DNA of 64,000 bases from the IMG/VR virus record IMGVR_UViG_3300045988_138996, positions 128,001-192,000 of that record. The stretch is one strand, 5' to 3'. Position 1 is the stretch's first letter, and each line of letters starts with the position of its first letter. This stretch comes from a virus. Of this stretch, positions 57,380 through 64,000 are shown one piece after another. Both the position numbers and the translations under genes were made by a program. Below the pieces are notes generated by a model. It did no database searches and had not been told where the DNA came from. It saw only the letters and a program-made list of their open reading frames with translations.

Positions 57380-60300
57380 ATGTCTATTATTTCTGAAATT
57401 GCACAAGGTTTAAGTTCGATTCTAAGAAAGAATCAAAAGCCTGTAATGCAGTATGCTGAAAATATCGCTTTAGTTGCCGAAGTTCCTTTCGACAAAGAAA
57501 AGGTAAATCAATGCCAAGGCTTTACATATAATCCTCAAACAGAAAAATTTATCGTAGCTTGTATTAATGCTGATAGCTCTACACAAATCTTATATGAGTT
57601 AAATAAAGATTTTACTGTCGCGCGAAGTGTAGAAAATACTGGCGCCGATAAACTTGGTCACTGTAATACTTTATTTTTCGACGATAAGCTACGAGCTACT
57701 AATGGTGCTGCTAACGGTAATCGTATTTACGCGATCGATGATAATTTAAATGCAGGTGAATATAAAGACTATACCGATCGTTTCTATAACGTAGGTTATA
57801 ATCCTGTTACGGGCCAATATGCTAGCGTATTGCCTGGCGAAGATAATAGCACTCGTAAAATTAAAATCTACGCTAATAGCGATTTGACCGACGGTAAAGA
57901 ATATATCGTTACCGTGAATGAGAAAAATAACGATTCTAACGGTGCTTTGTTCGTCGGTAATAAAGTTATATTCAGTTTAATGAGACGCATCGTCGAAGTC
58001 GAAATTAGCGATAATACGGCTACTATCATTCGTGAACTTGAGTTCGAACCAAAGGCCGAAATCGAAGACTTCGCATTAGTCGATGGTGCTATTTATATGG
58101 CAGCTAATAGCCACGACTATATTCGTATCTACAAATATGATTTTGCTAGAAGCTATTTTAATAATATCAATAACGACTTTTTAAATAATGGTATCGTAGT
58201 CGGTAATCAAGTCGGCTATCACGGTCAATCTGTCGACAAAGCTACTAATTATGTTATGGCTAAAATTAATGCTAATAACAATTTAGAAGTCGGTGACAAA
58301 CGTAATTTAACGACAATCTTGGGTAAAGAATTAAAACATTATAACGGTACTAATTCTTATACGGTACTTACGACATATCATTACGATAAAGCGATTTACA
58401 ATAAAACTAAGACTGATGAGCTCTTTGTTAAAAAAGCCGATGTTCAAAGTTTAGTCGGTGGTAAAAAATCTCTTAATGTCGTTGCAGAAGGTGTCGATAA
58501 TACTGGCGCTATCGACGTAACTGAAAAGTTAAACGAAATCTTTGTTAAAGCTAATGCCGAAAAATACGAAGAAGTAATTTTCCCTGACGGTATTTATAAG
58601 ATCGAAAATGTCGTAAAGATTTTCTGCCCAGAAAAGATGAGTCGTTCTTTAATCGTTAGATCCGAGAATACTTATGGCGCCACTATTCTATGCGATCATA
58701 CCGATGCATCTCAAGGTGATATCGGATTTGTATTGACTCGTAATGCCTTAGAAGATCAAGATGAGACAGTAGCAAAAGCTTATAATACCACGATTGACGG
58801 TTTTATTTTTAAAGTTAAAGATCAAGATGCCGAAGGCAGTAGCTTTAAATTTATTGGTACTGCTAGTGACTTTAATGATTTATTATTTATTAATCTAAAA
58901 TTATTAAATCTTCGGATGACTAATACTAAAGATTGTGCTGGTAATAATATCGATTTAGCTGCTAGATGTAATAATTCAACGATCGATAACATCAAAACTA
59001 ATTATGGTATGTATGCTATATATTTAGAGCATGATGGCAGTGTAAATAATAGCATAAGTAATATTGTTTCTAATAACTGTACTTTCTGTATATCTTCGTA
59101 TACATACGCTGATTATGAAACTGTTACTTTCCATTTTGACGATACTGTCGATTTAAATAATGGTAATATGGCTAATTTCTACGCTAATAAAATATCAAAC
59201 TTTAAATTGACTGGTAGATGGGCTCTTAATCAAAATCCATTGTATATTAACGTTGGACCAAGAGCGGAGATTAGTAATGTTACGTTAGATATTACTCTTG
59301 ATGAAAATGCCGACCATGTACTTGTAGAAGAAAAACCTTCGGCATTTATTTATTTAACATCACCAGAAAGTGCCAAACTTGAAGTTAAAGTAAATGATCT
59401 TAAATTCGATAAATTCCAAGAAAACTTCGACTACTGGATACAAAAAGGTACTAAATTCTCTTGGATCAATTCTCCAGAATTATCTATCTCTCCGAATGGC
59501 GTTACTGAGTATCCTGCATTAACTTTATTTAACAATTTAGGTTCTGTCGATGAATATAGTTCTAGAGGTTTCCTTAATAGAAAATATGAAATCAAAGCGG
59601 AAGATTCAGCTAAAACAAGAATCTATTTAGGTTATGATAGAACTATTCATGAAGCAAAAATTGATAGTAAAGATGAATTAGCTGACGGTGAAGGTTCTGC
59701 TATCTTCTTCGGTGCTAATGGCGTTCCTTATAAAGACGCTAAAGATCATGATTATAGTAATTATGCTGCCGGTGTTGCTGGCGATGTGTATTTAGAATCT
59801 AAGCCAAATAACTCCGGTCATTTTGGTTATGTATCGACTTATCGTTATACGACACGAACTGAATATTTACCGACAGCTGATAAGCCTACTTCTGTTACTA
59901 ACCATGGTGATAGAACAATGACTTTTGGCTTCGATAAATTCCCAGTATGGACTAACGGCACATTAAAAGACACTCCGATTACTGTCGGTAGTGGAATGAA
60001 TGTATTGGGTAAAGGTCTCTTTAAGGTTATCGAAACTGATGTCGAAGCTAAAACTATGAAGTGTGAGATACCTGAGACTTATAAATCCGATGTTATTACT
60101 TCATTAGCTGACTTAACTATGGAAATCTATTTCACACCGGCTAAACCTGTTAATACTATGGGTATGATGACATATGAAACAATTCCGATTATTCATTCTG
60201 GTCCTACAGAAAAAAGACCGACTGAGCACTTAGTTGTCGGCCAACAGTATTTCGATACAACACTCGATATGCCGGTATTCTGGAACGGTACTAAATGGAT

Positions 60301-60496
60301 CGTTAATGCTGCCGATGTTAGCGACAGATTAAAAGATTATGTTCGCATCGACAAACTTATGGCAACCGATATGACACAAGCACCAGCGTTTGCTGGACAA
60401 ATGATAATAGATAATAATACACTTTATATCGCAGAGTCTACTGAAGGCCCTGGATCTTGGCGTATAGTTTATTTACAACCTAACGATCATTTATAA
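57380..60496 (+). CDS. Tailspike / polysaccharide depolymerase candidate with a pectate-lyase-type beta-helix
   Basis: 1038 aa. LNVVAEGVDNTGAIDVTEKLNEIFVKANAEKYEEVIFPDGIYKI matches the Pectate_lyase_3 entry motif. Downstream N/T/I-rich repeats fit a beta-helix. The C-terminus carries the GPTEKRPTEHLVVGQQYFDTTLDMPVFWNGTKWI motif. Confidence 0.75.
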   Translation: MSIISEIAQGLSSILRKNQKPVMQYAENIALVAEVPFDKEKVNQCQGFTYNPQTEKFIVACINADSSTQILYELNKDFTVARSVENTGADKLGHCNTLFFDDKLRATNGAANGNRIYAIDDNLNAGEYKDYTDRFYNVGYNPVTGQYASVLPGEDNSTRKIKIYANSDLTDGKEYIVTVNEKNNDSNGALFVGNKVIFSLMRRIVEVEISDNTATIIRELEFEPKAEIEDFALVDGAIYMAANSHDYIRIYKYDFARSYFNNINNDFLNNGIVVGNQVGYHGQSVDKATNYVMAKINANNNLEVGDKRNLTTILGKELKHYNGTNSYTVLTTYHYDKAIYNKTKTDELFVKKADVQSLVGGKKSLNVVAEGVDNTGAIDVTEKLNEIFVKANAEKYEEVIFPDGIYKIENVVKIFCPEKMSRSLIVRSENTYGATILCDHTDASQGDIGFVLTRNALEDQDETVAKAYNTTIDGFIFKVKDQDAEGSSFKFIGTASDFNDLLFINLKLLNLRMTNTKDCAGNNIDLAARCNNSTIDNIKTNYGMYAIYLEHDGSVNNSISNIVSNNCTFCISSYTYADYETVTFHFDDTVDLNNGNMANFYANKISNFKLTGRWALNQNPLYINVGPRAEISNVTLDITLDENADHVLVEEKPSAFIYLTSPESAKLEVKVNDLKFDKFQENFDYWIQKGTKFSWINSPELSISPNGVTEYPALTLFNNLGSVDEYSSRGFLNRKYEIKAEDSAKTRIYLGYDRTIHEAKIDSKDELADGEGSAIFFGANGVPYKDAKDHDYSNYAAGVAGDVYLESKPNNSGHFGYVSTYRYTTRTEYLPTADKPTSVTNHGDRTMTFGFDKFPVWTNGTLKDTPITVGSGMNVLGKGLFKVIETDVEAKTMKCEIPETYKSDVITSLADLTMEIYFTPAKPVNTMGMMTYETIPIIHSGPTEKRPTEHLVVGQQYFDTTLDMPVFWNGTKWIVNAADVSDRLKDYVRIDKLMATDMTQAPAFAGQMIIDNNTLYIAESTEGPGSWRIVYLQPNDHL

Positions 60497-60505
60497 TAAA
60501 GATAT

Positions 60506-60534
60506 ATCCCCGTACTTAGTGCGGGGATTTTTTC
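60506..60534 (+). terminator. Rho-independent terminator
   Basis: ATCCCCGTAC-TTA-GTGCGGGGAT forms a 10-bp stem with one G.U pair, followed by TTTTTT. The core is nearly identical to the 31315 terminator. Confidence 0.85.
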
Positions 60535-60581
60535 TGTAATATAGTAGTATATATTTTAAATCTACGAAAGGACATATTCAT
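60535..60581 (+). promoter_or_regulatory. Promoter/leader candidate related to 40652-40714
   Basis: TGTAATATAGT (60535-60545) and ACGAAAGGACAT lie just upstream of the ATG at 60582, matching TGTAATATAAT and ACGAAAAGGACAT upstream of 40715. Confidence 0.4.
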
Positions 60582-61772
60582 ATGCCAGAAACTAATATAT
60601 ACGATTATGAGTTCACCGTTAATGAAAGTGAACCTAAGAGGGCCGAGATGCTCAATCGGTTGAAAGACCGTGTGCAGCACGTTGATAAAAAAGAAGTTAT
60701 CTCGTCTGACGAATACATCGACGGCGAATCTAACTTTAACGAAGATAAAGCATTAAGTGCTTTTTTGTTAAATAAATTGTTTCCGTCTAAAGCTAAACTA
60801 TTAAAAGATCATTATACAAAAGATCAAGTCGACGGTTTGTTGGGCAATCTTATCGCTAAATATTATTTAAAAGATCAGATCGATTCGCTACTCGCCAACT
60901 TAAAGAATGAATTAAAATCCTCTTTAGATGCGAACGGTAGCGAAGCTGTTAAAAAGCTTAACGATCTCAAAACAGAATTATCTAAACATCGTACGCTTGA
61001 GGAGTTAAATCATCCTGATGCTAGTGTTACGACAAGAAAGTTACGTGATCATTCTGTCACAAAAGAAAAGCTTTCAGACGGTTTAACTACAGAATTAAAT
61101 AATAAGTTAAATAAAAATGGCGACACTATCACTGGTCCTCTTAAATTTGCTTATAGTAATCCGATTCTTATGGAAACAGGCCCTGGTACTGGCAAATATC
61201 ATCGTATCGGTTCTGGCTCTACGTTGGAAGAAATCGCGCAAGGCAAAGCTCATCTAGACTTAGGTGATTACGACGGTAACACTTACGAAACTAATCTATG
61301 CTGTGTTAGCCGTCCAGGTTGGTATAATTCTACGACAAAAGAAGTTAAACAATTTGCCCTTCAGGAAGAAATCGAAGCATTAAATAATAAAGTAAACAAT
61401 ATTCCTAAAGGTGGTGGCGGTAGCTCTACCTTCGCTAAGATTTCAGCTAATAAAATTTGGAGCGGTCGTGTTACTGTTAGGAATAATAGAGGATCCAGAT
61501 CTAAGCCAAAATTTAAAGTTTGCGATCTTCCGTCAGATTGGCAACAAATTATCATTTATTCCTCTATTGAGCAACGAGCATCTGATAATGATAGCGGTTG
61601 GTATAACTATATGACAGGTTGTTTCGCGATTCTAGTAAAAGGCATAGCAACTGACGTTATTGCTGGTTATCAAGGTGAACAAGAAGTAAAATCTTTCTTT
61701 GTCGAAGGTAATACTTTATATATGCGTGGTCTTACTCCGAACGGTGACGACGTAAGCGTATTTAACCTTTAA
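60582..61772 (+). CDS. Tail fibre protein
   Basis: 396 aa. Coiled-coil YTKDQVDGLLGNLIAKYYLKDQIDSLLANLKNELK, then HPDASVTTRKLRDHSVTKEKLSDGL and NKNGDTITGPLKF (GDTMTGxL-type fibre motif). It forms its own transcription unit between two terminators. Confidence 0.75.
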   Translation: MPETNIYDYEFTVNESEPKRAEMLNRLKDRVQHVDKKEVISSDEYIDGESNFNEDKALSAFLLNKLFPSKAKLLKDHYTKDQVDGLLGNLIAKYYLKDQIDSLLANLKNELKSSLDANGSEAVKKLNDLKTELSKHRTLEELNHPDASVTTRKLRDHSVTKEKLSDGLTTELNNKLNKNGDTITGPLKFAYSNPILMETGPGTGKYHRIGSGSTLEEIAQGKAHLDLGDYDGNTYETNLCCVSRPGWYNSTTKEVKQFALQEEIEALNNKVNNIPKGGGGSSTFAKISANKIWSGRVTVRNNRGSRSKPKFKVCDLPSDWQQIIIYSSIEQRASDNDSGWYNYMTGCFAILVKGIATDVIAGYQGEQEVKSFFVEGNTLYMRGLTPNGDDVSVFNL

Positions 61773-61776
61773 TTTT

Positions 61777-61825
61777 AATCCTTCATATAATATAATAATA
61801 TTATATTATATGAAGGATTTTTTTA
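61777..61825 (+). terminator. Perfect 20-bp AT-rich hairpin plus T-run (terminator; may overlap promoter elements)
   Basis: AATCCTTCATATAATATAAT-AAT-ATTATATTATATGAAGGATT is followed by TTTTTT. The arms contain TATAAT-like hexamers. Confidence 0.8.
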
Positions 61826-61841
61826 TTATGGAGGAAATAGT

Positions 61842-62219
61842 ATGAAATATCCACGAGCCGCTATGGTTCATAAATTTTTATTTATGATGCTAGTTGAACT
61901 AGCTCCTTATACTCGAGGCTCTCTCGATTTTTTACATGTATCGAACGAAGCTTTTCGTCTATTAATGAATATCGTAAGAGACGAACATAATATATCGTTG
62001 TATAACGAAATGCGATCGTACTCTTTAGATTATCAAGGTCTTATCGATAGAGAACATAATAATTATAATATCTTAGGCGAGCGAATTAAAGTTCTTATTA
62101 TGATGATTGTTAATTCGTTCTATATGTTTAATAAATGTGATGAACGATATTTTAATCTTTATAAAGATAAAATAAGAGGAGTACGAAATGTTAAATTCTT
62201 TAGATATACGCAATATTGA
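61842..62219 (+). CDS. Small protein, member 1 of a six-gene tandem paralogue array; function unknown
   Basis: 125 aa with a GGAGGA RBS. C-terminal half contains RIKVLIMMIVNSFYMF, equivalent to the family's second motif. Confidence 0.65.
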   Translation: MKYPRAAMVHKFLFMMLVELAPYTRGSLDFLHVSNEAFRLLMNIVRDEHNISLYNEMRSYSLDYQGLIDREHNNYNILGERIKVLIMMIVNSFYMFNKCDERYFNLYKDKIRGVRNVKFFRYTQY

Positions 62220-62562
62220 GAATTTTAAGCTCGATATCATTCATTATATTGCCACTATTGTGGATAAAACCTGGTGGACCTCTAAACATTTTAATCAAAG
62301 ATATTATGAAGTGGCCGATATCTATAATATATCGGTTCTTGCGCTTGCTGATTTTAAGGGTGGCGATTATTTAAAACTTGGATTCATTAGTTATACTTCT
62401 ATTTATTATTATATTATAGATTGTAGTAATAAAAAGATGCTCACCGAGTGCGAGAAGAAATATATCGAACTTAGTATTTTATATTATAATAAATATCGAC
62501 AAGATAAAGATTTAACAGGTATAATAATTAAACAAATGAGGTTAGATAATGGACTATTATGA
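62188..62562 (+). CDS. Small protein, member 2 of the tandem paralogue array
   Basis: 124 aa with a GAGGAG RBS and a 32-nt overlap on member 1. Motifs VDKTWWTSKHFNQRYYEVADIYNISVLALADF and KKYIELSILYYNKY. Confidence 0.7.
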   Translation: MLNSLDIRNIENFKLDIIHYIATIVDKTWWTSKHFNQRYYEVADIYNISVLALADFKGGDYLKLGFISYTSIYYYIIDCSNKKMLTECEKKYIELSILYYNKYRQDKDLTGIIIKQMRLDNGLL

Positions 62563-62920
62563 AACTAGAGTATCTCTAATATTTTATTTATACGAAATGG
62601 TCGATAAGGATTCTTGGCGGCTTAATAATAGTTTAAATAAATTTAGAGTTGTATCTGATTTATATAGAATATTATTGGATGTGTTATCCGAGTTCGTTAA
62701 TGTGCGTTATGGTAATCTTAGCGATGCAAATGAAGAAGACGTAAGAGAAGTTATTACCGACAGCGCCTACTGCTCCTTGTCAAAATTCAAAGACGAAAAA
62801 GCACTTCGTTATATAAAAATTACGTATCTATTATATAATAATATTCGCGATCTGCCATGGAACTTATCCGATAAAATTTGTAAAACTATACGAGAAGGAA
62901 AATATGAATGCCAAAAATAG
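62549..62920 (+). CDS. Small protein, member 3 of the tandem paralogue array
   Basis: 123 aa with a 14-nt overlap. Motifs VDKDSWRLNNSLNKFRVVSDLYRILLDVLSEF and LRYIKITYLLYNNI. Confidence 0.7.
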   Translation: MDYYETRVSLIFYLYEMVDKDSWRLNNSLNKFRVVSDLYRILLDVLSEFVNVRYGNLSDANEEDVREVITDSAYCSLSKFKDEKALRYIKITYLLYNNIRDLPWNLSDKICKTIREGKYECQK

Positions 62921-63245
62921 AACGATAGCCGTACTTAAATATATTAATTCTATAGAATCAGCTAAATCTCGGTATATAAATAATGCTTCTGAAAATATAG
63001 TCTGTACTATTTATTATATTTATAAAGATATAATAAGAGAATTATCGCCGGGTCATCACGTATTAAAAAACGTTAGTTCTATTAGAGCTCATGTTTTAAT
63101 ACAACAAGATACAAGCTACGCTTTACCGGAAAAATATCGTAAGTTAATTACGTTAATTTCTTTTTATTATCGTCCAGGGTCATTTTTTCCTCTTGTCGAA
63201 ATGATAATAGAACGAAGTAAAAATTTGTTTGGAGGAAAGTTATAG
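62904..63245 (+). CDS. Small protein, member 4 of the tandem paralogue array (divergent)
   Basis: 113 aa with a 17-nt overlap. Motifs IVCTIYYIYKDIIRELSPG and YRKLITLISFYYRPG. Confidence 0.65.
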   Translation: MNAKNRTIAVLKYINSIESAKSRYINNASENIVCTIYYIYKDIIRELSPGHHVLKNVSSIRAHVLIQQDTSYALPEKYRKLITLISFYYRPGSFFPLVEMIIERSKNLFGGKL

Positions 63246-63596
63246 ATGGATAGACAAAAGGAACTTGTCGAATATATATATAAACTTATTAATTCTAATT
63301 TTCGATATAGAAAATATAAGATACACGATAAGACTTTCGTCGTTCATTTTGTTTATAATTTATTCTATGCTATATTTAAAGCATCTTATCCGAGAGATAG
63401 AATACAACCAATTGCGTCGAAATTTCATTTTAATCTCGTTATGTCTCATAAAGCAAAAAATGCATATTATCCGTCTAAAAAAGAAAAGAAGATAATAAAC
63501 GTTGCATTATTTAATTATAACGCAACTGAATATAATAATTCTAAGTTAAAAGATCTTGTCGATCTGGCTCAGCATTATATGGAGAAATTTAAATAA
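63246..63596 (+). CDS. Small protein, member 5 of the tandem paralogue array (divergent)
   Basis: 116 aa with a GGAGGA RBS, starting directly after the upstream stop. Motifs FVVHFVYNLFYAIFKASYP and KKIINVALFNYNATEY. Confidence 0.65.
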   Translation: MDRQKELVEYIYKLINSNFRYRKYKIHDKTFVVHFVYNLFYAIFKASYPRDRIQPIASKFHFNLVMSHKAKNAYYPSKKEKKIINVALFNYNATEYNNSKLKDLVDLAQHYMEKFK

Positions 63597-64000
63597 TGAG
63601 TATTACTAAATATTTTAACGAAGAAGAATATGTTACACATTGTGCTAAGCTAAAAGAAGATATGATACTTTATATAAATCAGTTTCTTCACTCAAATCAT
63701 TGGAGGATGAATTATCCATCAGATCATTACGTTATGATATCTGATATATATAATATAGCACATCCTTTATTATACGATTTTAAAGATAATTGGCACGATC
63801 ATTTATCTGATACTAACTTTGTCGAAGTTAGTGAATATGCTAAATATTTTAAAAGTCGGATACCGTTAGCCGACGATGTTAAAGTTTTCATTCAGATCGT
63901 TATATTATATTATTTTAAACATTTCGAAAATTCTAATTTTATGATTATATATAATAAGATACTCGATGACATGTGTGAATTTTATGATACGTCAGTAGTA
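63596..64000 (+). CDS. Small protein, member 6 of the tandem paralogue array; 3' end beyond the window
   Basis: Absent from the ORF track because no stop is reached. The ATG at 63596 overlaps the upstream TAA (TAATG), and the frame stays open for 135 codons to the window end. Motifs LHSNHWRMNYPSDHYVMISDIYNIAHPLLYDF and VKVFIQIVILYYFKHF. Confidence 0.65.
   Translation, partial: MSITKYFNEEEYVTHCAKLKEDMILYINQFLHSNHWRMNYPSDHYVMISDIYNIAHPLLYDFKDNWHDHLSDTNFVEVSEYAKYFKSRIPLADDVKVFIQIVILYYFKHFENSNFMIIYNKILDDMCEFYDTSVV

Noticed and set aside
783-61614. All other short ORFs in the track that lie inside or antisense to long + strand genes (e.g. 783-1076, 2251-2445, 11807-12214, 20354-20605, 25711-25962, 36313-36546, 51971-52264, 61361-61614)
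   Set aside because: Each is nested in a much longer, well-supported + strand ORF. They lack SD sites and have hydrophobic or low-complexity translations typical of off-frame AT-rich DNA.
63229-63495. 88-aa ORF overlapping the 63246-63596 gene in another frame
   Set aside because: The 63246 frame has a GGAGGA RBS and carries the paralogue-family motifs. The 63229 frame gives low-complexity hydrophobic sequence.
1-64000. CRISPR arrays, tRNA/ncRNA genes, diversity-generating retroelement, invertible (shufflon/Gin-type) fibre segments, integrase or transposase
   Set aside because: Non-coding gaps are all under 90 nt and are filled by terminators and promoters. No reverse transcriptase, recombinase or invertase motifs were seen. 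All fibre paralogues lie on the same strand with no flanking inverted repeats, and their similarity is at protein level rather than template/variable-repeat DNA level.

Overview
AT-rich (about 30% G+C by eye) tailed-phage DNA, most likely part of a large or jumbo virulent-type genome. I saw no integrase, tRNA, CRISPR array or host-like genes. All ~58 credible genes are on the + strand. They are tightly packed, often with ATGA/TAATG start-stop overlaps and strong Shine-Dalgarno sites. Non-coding DNA is limited to eight short gaps carrying rho-independent terminators and promoter-like boxes. Modules: (1) nt 1-25837, very large baseplate/tail-fibre-type structural genes, and the first ORF runs off the 5' window edge. 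(2) 25896-31326, a terminator-bracketed unit of coiled-coil plus beta-domain structural proteins. (3) 31404-40632, a replication/transcription module with a DnaB-like helicase, DUF1064-like nuclease, sigma-70-family factor, RecJ-like DHH exonuclease and DnaE-type Pol III alpha. (4) 40715-50282, an array of small fibre-like paralogues followed by a 1413-aa Ala/Lys-rich coiled-coil fibre. (5) 50306-51702, a holin-like protein and two small membrane proteins. (6) 51726-61772, a YadA-like/tail-collar fibre, three paralogues with a shared N-terminus, an Amidase_2-type endolysin, a pectate-lyase-type tailspike and another fibre. (7) 61842-64000, a tandem array of six small paralogous genes of unknown function. 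The most striking property is the number of fibre/spike-type genes (at least 20). They fall into several families with conserved N-termini and divergent C-termini, and Arg-codon shifts mark the distal parts of two of them. All functional calls rest on motifs read by eye; no database search was possible. Host and phage clade cannot be determined from this window.
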